Below, piece by piece: positions 32,274 to 42,074 of a DNA stretch of 64,000 bases. Location: contig BTUM01000013.1 in assembly GCA_045863235.1 (NCBI GenBank), positions 1 to 64,000 of the forward strand. Direction: 5' to 3'. The translations under genes were made by a program, and so were the position numbers. The DNA comes from Candidatus Xenobia bacterium. Lineage in GTDB: Bacteria > Vulcanimicrobiota > Xenobia > Xenobiales > QWHO01. The notes under the pieces are model-generated. The model was not told the DNA's origin. It made no database searches and saw only the letters and a program-made list of their open reading frames with translations. Positions within the stretch are counted from its first letter, which is position 1, and each line of letters begins with the position of its first letter.

Positions 32274-33127
32274 GCCTGGAAGCCATCCAGGCCCTGCTGC
32301 TCAGCCTGGTGCCCTGCTTTTTCTGGTTATGGTACATCCAGGGACTGGGGCGCTACCGCCGCGAGCCAGCCTGGATGCTGGGCCTGGCCTTGCTGGCCGG
32401 GGCGGGCAGCGCGTACGGAGTGCTCTTGACCTGCGACCTGCTCGAAGAGTTGGCTCCTGGTTTTTTGAGCGTGCCTCACGAGCCGCTGCGCCTGCTGTTT
32501 TATTTCGTGGTGGCGGTGGGTCTGGTGGAGGAAGGCTGGAAGATGCTGTGTTGCTGGCTGGCGGTCTACTTTCTGCCCAGCTTCGACGAGCCGGTGGACG
32601 GCCTGCTCTATGCCGGTTGCGTGGCACTCGGCTTTGCTACGGCTGAGAACGTCAAGTACATCTTGGAGGCAGGCGGTCCGGCCGTGCTGGTGGGTCGCTC
32701 AATTCTCAGCACCTTTGGGCACGTGCTGATGTCGGGCGTCTGGGGCTATGCGCTGGGCATGCAAAAGTGCCGTCCCACCCGCGCTCCTCTCTGGCTCCTG
32801 GCCCTGTTCGGAGCTGCCCTGGGGCATGGTCTGTTCGACTGGTTCCTGATGATGGGCTGGCCGTTGGCAGCGGTCGCGGTGCTGGCCGGACTGTGGTGGC
32901 TGTTCAGTCAACGCATCCAGGAGGCGGCTCGGCTCTCGCCTTACCGGGTGCATCGCGTGCACCGCGTCCGTGAGTGTCCCCACTGCGGCATCCTGCATCG
33001 TGCCGAGGCCAGCTATTGCACGGGCTGCGGCCGGCGTAACGAGACGACGGGTGCTTTATGCGCCAACTGCCTCACCCCGGCGGGGGGCGAGGAGCGTTGC
33101 GGCAAGTGCGGTTGCCTGTTCGCGTGA
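32270..33127 (+). CDS. PrsW family intramembrane metalloprotease with C-terminal zinc ribbons
   Basis: EP, VEE..K, GFA..EN, H...G, H...D; CxxC tail. Confidence 0.85.
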   Translation: MSLEAIQALLLSLVPCFFWLWYIQGLGRYRREPAWMLGLALLAGAGSAYGVLLTCDLLEELAPGFLSVPHEPLRLLFYFVVAVGLVEEGWKMLCCWLAVYFLPSFDEPVDGLLYAGCVALGFATAENVKYILEAGGPAVLVGRSILSTFGHVLMSGVWGYALGMQKCRPTRAPLWLLALFGAALGHGLFDWFLMMGWPLAAVAVLAGLWWLFSQRIQEAARLSPYRVHRVHRVRECPHCGILHRAEASYCTGCGRRNETTGALCANCLTPAGGEERCGKCGCLFA

Positions 33128-33135
33128 CTTACGCG

Positions 33136-35574
33136 TCAGCTGCGGGGTAGCGTTTCCTGCACGATCTTCTCACGCTTGGCCCGCTCTTCGAGGGTCGGCG
33201 AGGCGTTGACCCGGTTGCGCCCACCTCGCTTGGAAACATAGAGTGCCTCGTCAGCCGCCTCGGCCAGCTCTTTCTTGTTGTGAGCGTCGCTGGGGAAGCA
33301 GGCCATGCCGATGGAGGAGGTGATGCGAACTTTGTGGCTCGAGAAGCGCAACTGGAAGGCTTCGCGCACGCGCTCACAGGTGCGCATGGCATCTTCTTTG
33401 CTGGTTTCCTTCAAAATCAGAGCGAATTCGTCGCCACCATAGCGGCAGACGATGTCGGTGGTGCGCACCTTCTCTTTCAAGAGGGCGGCGATCTCCTTGA
33501 GGAGTGAGTCACCTGCGGGGTGGCCCAGCGTGTCGTTGTAGCTCTTGAAGTGATCGGTATCGACCATGACCAGGCACATGTGGCGGTTGTGCCGCTCGGC
33601 CCAGTCGATCTCGTCCTGCAGGCGGGTCTGGAAGTAGCGGTGGGTATACAGGCCCGTCAGGCCGTCGGTCAACGATTGCATCTCGATCTGGTTGAACAGG
33701 CGCGCGTTCTTGATGGCCATCGCGGCCTGGTAGCTGACCGTCTGGACCAGGTTCTTGTGCTCTTCTGTGAAGGTGTTCTCGTCCTTGGCGCCCACATAGA
33801 TACAGCCCATCAGATCCGACTCGGTCACCAGCGGCGCCAGGATCACCGAGCGCTCGTAGTTGATGATGTTGGTGATCTGGTACATCTGGGTATCGGTCAT
33901 GAGCATGGTGTCCTTCTTGTCGAAGGCCATCTTGAAGAGCCCCTCGTCCTTGCGCACCGGCAGCGTCTCGACGTACTGGGCGTAGGGGCTGGAGGCGTAC
34001 TCAGCCTTGAGCTGTTGGGTATCATCCTTGCCGTTGGTGAACACGATGACGCTCTGGGCCCGGGGGATCATCTCCTGAAGTCCCTCGGCTACCACCTTCA
34101 TCGTATGGTCGATCTTGAGCGAGGAACGGGTGATCTCCTGACCCATCTTCTGGATGCCCGAGAGCTGGCGGTTCTTGGCTTCCTCGGCTTCGCGCCGACC
34201 CTTTTCGTTGGCAACCTCTTTCTCTTTGTCCTCGAAGAGCAGAGCAGTCTTGAGCGAGGGCGCGGCGTAGGCCGCAAGCATCTTTAGCTTGTTGACGTGA
34301 TCGGTATTGTGAGTGCCGGGCTTGATGGAGCCGACATACACGACTCCCACGGTTTCCTTGCTGACCACCAGCGGCACGGCGATGGCCGAGCGCTCGTCCT
34401 TGAAGATACGCTGCTCGGCCGAGGCTCCTAACTCGAATTCCGACTGGGGTTTGCGGGTTTGCATAGCCTTCTTGATGAGCGTCTCCTCGAGTTGCAGGAG
34501 CGACGACATCTGCAAGACGTTTTCGTAGGGCGTGTCGGTCTTGGCGGGGACCAGGGTCTCCTTGCCATCGGCTTTGACCAGGAAGATGACGCACGACTGG
34601 TAGGGGATGTGCAGCCTTTTGATAAACGTTTGCACCACGGCCAGAGTGCCGGCCAGGTCGGTGCTTGCGCCAAGCTCGTTGGCCAGTTCGTAGACCAGGT
34701 TGTTTTCGTCTTTCTTGCTGTCCAGGTCTTGAACCAGGGCCCGGTTCTCGTCCGTGAGGGTGCGCACGCGGAACTGCTCGCGCTTGAGGTCTTGCTCAAG
34801 CTTCTCCTGGTCTTGCACCACGATCTCTTCGAACGACTTCTTGAGCGCGAAGCGCACCGCCGCCATGAGGCTCGCTCCCAGGAGGGAGGCGCAGGCCAGG
34901 TCGACCATCGGGGGCAGGGTGCCCGCCGCGGCCTGGGCAAAAGCAGCCGCCAGGAGTCCGACGGGAATCCCGACCAGGGGCAGATAGCCCGAGTCCTTGC
35001 TGCCGGCCCGGTAGACTTTCGCCTCGCTCTCTCCCTCGACGGTCTCCACCACGGCTCCGGTCAACAGGGCATCCAGTCCGGCGTAGAGCGCCATGGCCAG
35101 CAGGGCAGCGCCCAGTGAGCGAAGGGAAACGATGGCGGCGTCGCCTCGGGCGATGCCGAAGGCGAAGCTCACGACCCCCACCCGGAGCAGGTTGAGAGAC
35201 AGATAGGCCAGGCGTTGCAGGCCGGATTGGAAGCTGCCGACCCCCACGCGAAGGATCAGGGCCGGAGCGGCTACGATCAGTCCCTGAGAAGCAAGCACCA
35301 GGGCCGCCATCGGTGCAGACTGAGGCCGGGCCACCGCCAGGAAATAGATAAACGAGGCCAGGCTGACGTAACCGTAAGCGGTGAGAGGTTGCGACCAGAG
35401 CTCGAGCGCCACGGCGATGACGGCCAGGAGCACCAGGGGGTAGAGCATATTGCTGGCGTTGGGGAGGAAGAGGAAGAGGGACACCACGAGGAATGCGAAG
35501 CCGATGAGGCCGCTGAGCCCCACCAGGAAATTCCCTTTACCGCCTGTTTGCACGCTCAAAAAGCTATCACCCAC
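33136..35574 (-). CDS. Membrane GAF-GAF-GGDEF diguanylate cyclase
   Basis: TM region, coiled coil, two GAF-like domains, DGLTGL, D.D.FK.YND.LGH, RttD I-site, GGDEF. Confidence 0.9.
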   Translation of the reverse strand: MGDSFLSVQTGGKGNFLVGLSGLIGFAFLVVSLFLFLPNASNMLYPLVLLAVIAVALELWSQPLTAYGYVSLASFIYFLAVARPQSAPMAALVLASQGLIVAAPALILRVGVGSFQSGLQRLAYLSLNLLRVGVVSFAFGIARGDAAIVSLRSLGAALLAMALYAGLDALLTGAVVETVEGESEAKVYRAGSKDSGYLPLVGIPVGLLAAAFAQAAAGTLPPMVDLACASLLGASLMAAVRFALKKSFEEIVVQDQEKLEQDLKREQFRVRTLTDENRALVQDLDSKKDENNLVYELANELGASTDLAGTLAVVQTFIKRLHIPYQSCVIFLVKADGKETLVPAKTDTPYENVLQMSSLLQLEETLIKKAMQTRKPQSEFELGASAEQRIFKDERSAIAVPLVVSKETVGVVYVGSIKPGTHNTDHVNKLKMLAAYAAPSLKTALLFEDKEKEVANEKGRREAEEAKNRQLSGIQKMGQEITRSSLKIDHTMKVVAEGLQEMIPRAQSVIVFTNGKDDTQQLKAEYASSPYAQYVETLPVRKDEGLFKMAFDKKDTMLMTDTQMYQITNIINYERSVILAPLVTESDLMGCIYVGAKDENTFTEEHKNLVQTVSYQAAMAIKNARLFNQIEMQSLTDGLTGLYTHRYFQTRLQDEIDWAERHNRHMCLVMVDTDHFKSYNDTLGHPAGDSLLKEIAALLKEKVRTTDIVCRYGGDEFALILKETSKEDAMRTCERVREAFQLRFSSHKVRITSSIGMACFPSDAHNKKELAEAADEALYVSKRGGRNRVNASPTLEERAKREKIVQETLPRS

Positions 35575-35581
35575 TCGACCT

Positions 35582-35728
35582 GAGACCGGGCTTGTGACCG
35601 AGGTTCCAGACCGGTGAACGGATTCCCTGCAGCAATGGCGGAGCCGGGCCGCCTGGACAGGGTGTGACGGCTCAAAGGAGGCTCTCGTGCGGGTGCTTTT
35701 CCCGCAACCTGGAATTCAGCCCGGTCCC
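35582..35728 (-). ncRNA. Candidate structured RNA upstream of the diguanylate cyclase
   Basis: Nested stems GGGACCGGGCT/AGCCCGGTCTC, TTCCAGG/TCTGGAA, TGCGGG/CCCGCA, CCCTG/CAGGG, GGCGG/CCGCC. Confidence 0.45.
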
Positions 35729-35794
35729 CATACTCCTCCAGTGGTTCGGTCTCGCCTCTGAGTGGGCGGATCCGAGCCACATTTCCCTGAACTA

Positions 35795-35824
35795 ATTTTA
35801 GCATCAACTAACCTGGTTCGGCAA
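35795..35824 (-). promoter_or_regulatory. Putative sigma70 promoter
   Basis: TTGCCG-18 bp-TAAAAT with extended -10 TG. Confidence 0.5.
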
Positions 35825-35826
35825 CC

Positions 35827-36840
35827 TCAATGGCTGGCTTCGGGCCGCGGCTGGAGGGCCTGGATGGCTTCGGCGAGGCTCTCTACCGGCACAATATTCA
35901 GGCCGGTCTGGGCCGAGCGCGCCTCGTCGAGGTCTTCTCGAGGGCAGAGGAAGATGCTGGCACCCGAGCGCTCGGCGGCGATCGCCTTAAAGCGTGCTCC
36001 AGTGATGGAGTACACCCGGCCGTCCGGGGACATCGTGCCGGTGCCTGCGATCACTCGTCCCCCGGTCAGGTCCAGGGGGGTGAGCTGATCCACGATTTCG
36101 AGGCTGAAGATCAGTCCGGCCGACGAGCCGGCGATGTTGCCTGATTCGATCTCGATGGCCACGGGCAGTCGCTCGGGCGCTTCCTCGGTTTCGATGGTGA
36201 CCCCCAGTCGAGCACTGCCCTCGATGCGGACTGGAGTCAGCTCGAGTTGGAGGCTCTCGTCGTCTCGGCGGAGCTCGAGTTGCATGGTGCCCGAACTGCC
36301 GCGCACGGCATTTCGCAGATCGTCCGCCGTTCGAATGGGCGTGCTGCCGGCCCGGATGACCAGGTCGCCCGGCTGCAGGCGACCCTCAGCCGGAGTCCCC
36401 GGAAGGACCCGGGTGACTCGTGCCCCTACCGGCTCGAGTTGCACGTCGTAGCCGAGGTAGCGCAGGGCAGCCACCTGGGATGTGTAGTGGCTGATGGCCA
36501 TGGGCAGGTCGGCGCCATCGTCGGAGCGCTCCTGGATCGGGGAGGAACCGTCCGAGGGAACGAGCTCGGCGTCGGGCTCCATCATACTGTAGAGACAGGC
36601 CAGCGCGCTGGCTTTCTCGATGAAGACGGTGGTGATCAGAAGTTGGCCGTAGCTAGGATAGGTCTTCTGGTCGAGTATGTGCACCATCGGCGCGGCCGAA
36701 GCCGTGCGGCCAGGAGCCCGCAGCACATAAGGGGTGGGTATGTAGAACAGGATGGTGGAGGTGAGCACGGCCAGCAGGGTCGCCCGCAGGAAGGTTGCGG
36801 CCACCTTGCGCGGAGTCAGTTTCTTTTTGTTGGCGGTCAA
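35827..36840 (-). CDS. YlbL-like PDZ plus Lon (S16) protease domain protein
   Basis: PY....PG, PDZ domain, G.SAGL.F.L, IAGTGT, K..AA. Confidence 0.85.
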   Translation of the reverse strand: MTANKKKLTPRKVAATFLRATLLAVLTSTILFYIPTPYVLRAPGRTASAAPMVHILDQKTYPSYGQLLITTVFIEKASALACLYSMMEPDAELVPSDGSSPIQERSDDGADLPMAISHYTSQVAALRYLGYDVQLEPVGARVTRVLPGTPAEGRLQPGDLVIRAGSTPIRTADDLRNAVRGSSGTMQLELRRDDESLQLELTPVRIEGSARLGVTIETEEAPERLPVAIEIESGNIAGSSAGLIFSLEIVDQLTPLDLTGGRVIAGTGTMSPDGRVYSITGARFKAIAAERSGASIFLCPREDLDEARSAQTGLNIVPVESLAEAIQALQPRPEASH

Positions 36841-37433
36841 GGCGCTTCGGCCGAGGCCAGGGTGCGAGGGGGTTGAGCTTCCTCGCGCTGGGACTTGAGC
36901 GTCTCCTGGTGCTTCTTGATGATGGCCAGGATCCGGCTGAGCTCACCCTCCATACCATTGAGCACGCCGGCAGCGAAGCGCTCGGATGCTTCGCGGACCT
37001 CGCGGGCTTGAGTCTGGCTCTCGCCCTGCAGGCGCTGGCACCTGTCGCGGGTTTCCTCCAGCAACTTGCGCCCTTCTTCCCGGGCCCGCGCCATGACCTC
37101 GCTTTCCTGAACCAGCCGTTGCGATTCTTCACGGGCAGTCCGCAGGATCTCGCGCGCCTTTTCCTCTGCGTCGCGCAGGATTCGGTCAGCATCGCTGCCC
37201 GCCTGGCGGACCACGTGGGTGGCCTCTGAAGTCGACTCTTGTGCGATCCGGTCGCGTTCTTGCAGGATCCAGTGAGCGTCCTTGACCTCCTGAGGCAACT
37301 CTTCGCGAGCCCGGCTCAGCAGCTTGAGGAGCGGATCGCGGTAGAGCACCACCCGATCGTTCATCGGCCAGGGGAGACTCTGCCCGTTCTGGGCCAGAAG
37401 CTCGAGTTTCTCCAGATACTCATAGATTTTCAC
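36837..37433 (-). CDS. Coiled-coil protein commonly found downstream of coaD
   Basis: LP.E...A..I..ER..I...A motif; heptad repeats. Confidence 0.7.
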   Translation of the reverse strand: MKIYEYLEKLELLAQNGQSLPWPMNDRVVLYRDPLLKLLSRAREELPQEVKDAHWILQERDRIAQESTSEATHVVRQAGSDADRILRDAEEKAREILRTAREESQRLVQESEVMARAREEGRKLLEETRDRCQRLQGESQTQAREVREASERFAAGVLNGMEGELSRILAIIKKHQETLKSQREEAQPPRTLASAEAP

Positions 37434-37969
37434 GATTCGCGCTCGACTTTCTGTCCCACCGGCTCGGCTCGCGGACCAAATTTTTCTTGCAGTTTCAGTT
37501 CCACGTAGGAGGGCACCATGCGGGCCACGGTTCCGCCCAGGGAGGCGATCTCCTTGATGGAGCTGGAGCTGAGAAAGGCGTGCTGATCGGCGGTCATGAG
37601 GAAAATCGTGTCCACGTCAGGTGCCAGATTCCGGTTCAAGAGCGCCATCTGAAACTCGAACTCGAAATCGGACACGGCTCGCAAGCCTTTGAGGATGATC
37701 GTGGCCTTTCGTTGGCGCACGAAGTCGACGAGCAGCCCCGAGAAGGCGTCGACGCGCACATTGGGCAGGCCGCACACGGTCTTGGTCAGGATCTCTTTGC
37801 GCTCGTCCAGGGTAAAGAGGGGTTTCTTGGCCGGGTTGGTTACCACTGCCACGACCAGTTCGTCGACCAGCGCCGCTCCACGGGTGATGATATCCAGGTG
37901 CCCATTGGTAACCGGGTCGAAGCTGCCCGGGTAGACTGCTCTGCGCATTCTCTGATCCTCGTCTGACAA
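37430..37969 (-). CDS. coaD: Pantetheine-phosphate adenylyltransferase
   Basis: YPGSFDPVTNGH, KGLRAVSDFEFE, SSS.IKE. Confidence 0.96.
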   Translation of the reverse strand: MSDEDQRMRRAVYPGSFDPVTNGHLDIITRGAALVDELVVAVVTNPAKKPLFTLDERKEILTKTVCGLPNVRVDAFSGLLVDFVRQRKATIILKGLRAVSDFEFEFQMALLNRNLAPDVDTIFLMTADQHAFLSSSSIKEIASLGGTVARMVPSYVELKLQEKFGPRAEPVGQKVERES

Positions 37970-37992
37970 CGAGATTCGGGTCGCCCCACGGT

Positions 37993-39345
37993 CTACCTGC
38001 CGCTGAGCACGCTCCCGTCGGGGATTCGCTCGGCGTGGTCGCTCTCCAGACGAACCACGCCTTGCACCACGATCTCTCGGCCGAAGGTAAAGTCCCCCCG
38101 CACGGTCAGGCTGACCGCCTGGCGCAGGGAAGGCGTGGATGGAATACGGGCCTCGAAGTCGTCGTACATTGCGTAGTAGCGACTATCCAGGTCGATCAGG
38201 GGGTTCTCGCCCGGGGCCGCTCTCTCCAGTCCCGGTTCGGAGGTCAAACGATAAAAGTCCGAGCGGACCAGCAGCAGATCGTTTGTGTTCTTGACGGGCA
38301 GAAAGCGCGACCTGTCCACCACCAGCCCCTGCGAGCCCTTCAGGCAGCCCAGGGCCGAGCCCATGGCGCTCTCCAACTGGTAAACTGGCTCGGAATCGGG
38401 ATCGCTCGGGTCCACCGTCTTGCGGTTGACGATCAGGGGAAGGTCCAGAAAGCCGCCCGCGGATTTCAGTTGCGAGTAAAGGCTCTCGAGTCTCAGCCAC
38501 AGGTTGTTGGTGTTGAAGTATTCGTAGCGGTCAATGTCCTGAAAAGCGTCCAACTCGTCGGGCGGGCACTGCGCGACCTCGCGCAGCAGCAGTTCTCCGT
38601 TGGCCCGTCGGCGAGCCAGGTGGCCGCCCTTGCGGTCGGCATGGGTGCGCTGAGCGACCTCCATCAGGAGGGGAGCTGAGCTGGAGGCGAAGTGAGCCAG
38701 AATGCGCACGTCCAGAGTGGCGCCCACGTTGTCCACGTTGCTGACGAAGAGATAGCGATAGCCCCGCTCGAGCATCTTCTCGAGCAGGCCACTGGACCAG
38801 AGCGTGGGGTAGAGGTCTCCATGTCCCGGCGGGCACCAGGTCAGCTCGGGGTCGGGATGCTCGGCGGGGGCCAGATCGCGTCGGCGAACCTTGGGCACGC
38901 GCGACTGAAGCAACTCGACCGGCAGGTCGCGGGAGACCCCCGGGTAGGCTCGCAGTGCCTCCAAGGACTCGTCCCGGGTGTGGAAGCTGTTCATCAGCAT
39001 GAAGGCCGGGGCCTTCAGGTTCTGGACCTGGCGAGCGGCAAAGTCGAGGAAGGTTAGCCCTTCTCGCACGGGTAGCAAGGACTTGGGTCCGTGCAGACCC
39101 ATGCTGGTGCCCAGGCCCCCGTTCAGCTTCAGGCACACGGTCTGCCGGAGCGCATCCGGGTCGACGCGCTCCTTCAAGTCGGCCAGTCGAGGGAGCGAGC
39201 CGACCTGGGTCAGCTCGCGTTCGGGCAGTTGGCCGCTCGAGCCGCTGGCCAGCTCTTCATAGCGTCTCGCGAAGAAAGCGATGTGCGATTCGGCCAGGCC
39301 GTCGGCTCGCATGCGGGCCGCGAACGGCTCGAAATTGGCCGGCAC
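37993..39345 (-). CDS. UTP-glucose-1-phosphate uridylyltransferase, eukaryote-type (UGP) family
   Basis: KLNGGLGTSMG..GPKS, WCPPGHGD, SN.DN, FNTNNLW, RFLPVK. Confidence 0.9.
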   Translation of the reverse strand: MPANFEPFAARMRADGLAESHIAFFARRYEELASGSSGQLPERELTQVGSLPRLADLKERVDPDALRQTVCLKLNGGLGTSMGLHGPKSLLPVREGLTFLDFAARQVQNLKAPAFMLMNSFHTRDESLEALRAYPGVSRDLPVELLQSRVPKVRRRDLAPAEHPDPELTWCPPGHGDLYPTLWSSGLLEKMLERGYRYLFVSNVDNVGATLDVRILAHFASSSAPLLMEVAQRTHADRKGGHLARRRANGELLLREVAQCPPDELDAFQDIDRYEYFNTNNLWLRLESLYSQLKSAGGFLDLPLIVNRKTVDPSDPDSEPVYQLESAMGSALGCLKGSQGLVVDRSRFLPVKNTNDLLLVRSDFYRLTSEPGLERAAPGENPLIDLDSRYYAMYDDFEARIPSTPSLRQAVSLTVRGDFTFGREIVVQGVVRLESDHAERIPDGSVLSGR

Positions 39346-39348
39346 GAG

Positions 39349-39966
39349 CTACTGGTAGTTGAACTTCAGTTGGTAGGAAACCCGCGTCCACTCGCCGTTA
39401 AGCAGAATCTTATCGTGAATCAGTCCATCGGCCACGATGGGGGCTCCGTACGAGTTCACCACGTACCCTTCGAAGAGGTTGAACTCCAGCGTCCGGCTCT
39501 CGCCTGGAAGAAGGCGCCCGACATCGCGTGTCACGGCGGTCACTTCGCGCAAGCTGCCATCCTTGAAGATGCAGATCGCTTCCACGTTTTCGGCGGCTGC
39601 ATCGCCGGTGTTACTGATGGTGGCCATGACCTTGGCATTGTTGCCAGTCATGTATTTCTTTTCCCAGCGTACTTTGATGTAGGGGCGAATGAGCTCGCGT
39701 CGGACGGGCGGTGCTGGATTGCCTACCATGACCTCGGCCTGGCCGGTCTGGGGGTTGTAGCTATACGAGCCTCCGGTGGCGGCAGCCACCTCCTCCAGGG
39801 CAACATAGACCTTCCCTTTGTACCAGAGCGCCTTGCCTTTGACGGGGTAGCCGTTGATGACCACGGAGAGCGCTCGCGGAGCGGCGGCCAGCAACTCCCG
39901 GCCACCAGGCATCGCCACCAGGACCGTCGTCAGCAGGATCATGACCCAGGAAATCTTCGTCTTCAT
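39349..39966 (-). CDS. Exported hypothetical protein (N-terminal domain resembling copper amine oxidase N domain, then Ig-like domain)
   Basis: Signal peptide; G.VYV.L..VA...G motif; I.N.G...A..V and L.PGES. Confidence 0.55.
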   Translation of the reverse strand: MKTKISWVMILLTTVLVAMPGGRELLAAAPRALSVVINGYPVKGKALWYKGKVYVALEEVAAATGGSYSYNPQTGQAEVMVGNPAPPVRRELIRPYIKVRWEKKYMTGNNAKVMATISNTGDAAAENVEAICIFKDGSLREVTAVTRDVGRLLPGESRTLEFNLFEGYVVNSYGAPIVADGLIHDKILLNGEWTRVSYQLKFNYQ

Positions 39967-40157
39967 CGCCTTGGCTCCTAACCCGGTGCTCCTTTGATTA
40001 TACCGGCTGGCCGTGGAGGCGAGCAACGGGCCACATGTAACATTTTTTCGCTTTCCAGTTGCGCGTACTGATAAGGTCAGGAATATCTGTAAGACGACTC
40101 TTCGCGAGGTTGGCAGGTGTTGAAGGAAATTCTTCAACTTTGCAGAAAGCTGCTCCG

Positions 40158-41591
40158 ATGGTGAGCAACAGAGTTCTGGTTGGGCGTTACCAACTGGAAG
40201 CCAAACTCGGCGAAGGCGGCATGGGCTCGGTATATCGGGCTCTCGATCTCACCACCCGGAAGACCGTCGCTGTCAAAATCCTGCGTCGCGACCTGTGTGA
40301 GTCCAAGCACGCTCGACGTCGTTTCGCGCGGGAAGCGCGAGCCTCAGCCATGCTGAATCATCCGGGCGTCGTTCGGGTGTTCGATTACGTGGACGACGTT
40401 CGCCCCTTCATCGTCATGGAATTGATCGACGGGGTTTCCCTGCGCCGCCACATCCGCCGCGAGAAACCCCCGGTCGACCGGGTCCTCGAGTTGCTCCAGA
40501 TGGTCTGCGAAGCCCTTGGCCATGCTCACCATCGAGGCGTTGTCCACCGTGATATGAAGCCCGACAATGTGGTGGTCACTCGGGATGGACGCATCAAAGT
40601 GCTCGATTTTGGCCTGGCTCGAGTGATGACGCCCGATCTTTCTCAGTTGACCCGGTCCGGCTCGGCTTTGGGAACTTGTTCCTACATGTCGCCTGAGCAA
40701 GCAGCCGGTAAGGACGCTGACGAACGCAGTGACCTGTATGCCATGGGTGTCATGATGTACGAGTTTCTGTGCGGCTCGACGCCCTTCTCTGCCGACGATC
40801 CTGCCTCCATTCTCTACATGCACGTTCATGAAGAGCCAGAGGCGCCCCGAGTGCTCAATCCTGACCTGCATCCCGAGCTCGAGCGCTTGATCCTCTCTTT
40901 GATGGCCAAGGACCCGCTCGAGCGTCCGGCCACTGCACGGGTCCTGCACCACGAGCTCGACCGGTTGCGTCGGATTTTACGCGGCGAGGAGCCGGTGACG
41001 GAAGATACAGCCGAGTTGGAGGCACCGGCGCCTCTGGCCCAGGGCCCCGAGCCCGTGCCAGGGGACCAGGTCAGCCTGCTGGCTGCTGACATCCCCAACT
41101 TCGGGCGCTTGACTCGCGATAAAGGCCCCCTGGAGACCACCGAGCTCGAGGCAGTGCTGGTCGAAGAGCTGGAGAACTCGGTGCGCACGAATTCCGGTCG
41201 GCTCCTGGAACGCTATGGTACGAAGGTTCTGGCTGCCTTCTGCGGGGATGATCATGGGGTGAGGGCGGTCCGTTCTGCTCGCACGATGAAAACTCGAATT
41301 CAGGCTGTTTTGCAGCGCTACAGCCTGGAGTCCAGGCTGCCCAGTTTTTCCGCGGGGATCTTTGGCGGCCGACTCCCCGACCGGGGTCCCAACGACTCGT
41401 GGGAGGACGTGGCCCGGCAGGAATTGATGCACGGCGCCTCACGGTTGGAGAAGCTCTCGCGTGACCTGCAGGATGAGATCTTGATCAGCGCAGATAGTCT
41501 GAACCAGGAAGTCGTGGCCGAGCCTCTGCGCTCGCTGTTTGTGAGAGGCCGTCAGGAGCCCATTCAGGTCTATCGAGTCCGCTCGGCCTGA
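40158..41591 (+). CDS. Ser/Thr protein kinase fused to a degenerate class III cyclase-like domain
   Basis: GEGGMG, VAVK, HRDMKPDN, DFG, YMSPE; C-terminal LAADIPNF...ASRLE...VRGR.EP..VY. Confidence 0.85.
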   Translation: MVSNRVLVGRYQLEAKLGEGGMGSVYRALDLTTRKTVAVKILRRDLCESKHARRRFAREARASAMLNHPGVVRVFDYVDDVRPFIVMELIDGVSLRRHIRREKPPVDRVLELLQMVCEALGHAHHRGVVHRDMKPDNVVVTRDGRIKVLDFGLARVMTPDLSQLTRSGSALGTCSYMSPEQAAGKDADERSDLYAMGVMMYEFLCGSTPFSADDPASILYMHVHEEPEAPRVLNPDLHPELERLILSLMAKDPLERPATARVLHHELDRLRRILRGEEPVTEDTAELEAPAPLAQGPEPVPGDQVSLLAADIPNFGRLTRDKGPLETTELEAVLVEELENSVRTNSGRLLERYGTKVLAAFCGDDHGVRAVRSARTMKTRIQAVLQRYSLESRLPSFSAGIFGGRLPDRGPNDSWEDVARQELMHGASRLEKLSRDLQDEILISADSLNQEVVAEPLRSLFVRGRQEPIQVYRVRSA

Positions 41592-41660
41592 TTTTGTTTC
41601 AGCGACGAGGAGCGGTCGATTGAATTGACAGCGCCCTGATGCGAGGGGTAACCTGAGCAT

Positions 41661-42074
41661 ATGGAGTGGGTGCGCCTGTACTTGTTCCCACTGGGACTGA
41701 CTCTGATCGGATGCGTGCTCATGCATCTCGAGCTGGCCCATTACGCCCGCGAACGACGCCGGGGCCGGCAACCCGCCAGGCTCCGGTTTTTTCGGCGAAT
41801 GGCGGGGGCTCTCACCATGATCGCGATCGCCGTCCTGGTTCATCTCGGAGAGGTGGCGCCCGGGCAGGTCCAATCCGTGGATGAAGCGCGGGCCATGCTC
41901 GACCACTGGCTCTGGGTCATGGGGCTGGTCATTCTGGCGATGGTGCTGGCCATCTGGGATGTGCTGGAGGGAGTGCGCAGCCTGCGGCGGTACTTCGAGG
42001 ATATGGAGCAGGAGGAAGTCGCCCGCATTCGCGAGCACCTTTCGGCTGCACAGCGCGAGGTAGACCTGAACTGA
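41661..42074 (+). CDS. Hypothetical membrane protein
   Basis: Three hydrophobic helices; GAGGGG RBS. Confidence 0.6.
   Translation: MEWVRLYLFPLGLTLIGCVLMHLELAHYARERRRGRQPARLRFFRRMAGALTMIAIAVLVHLGEVAPGQVQSVDEARAMLDHWLWVMGLVILAMVLAIWDVLEGVRSLRRYFEDMEQEEVARIREHLSAAQREVDLN

Noticed and set aside
35556..35807. 83-aa ORF and a 19-aa possible leader peptide upstream of the GGDEF gene
   Set aside because: No recognisable features; the long ORF overlaps the promoter and the short one has only 3 nt RBS spacing.
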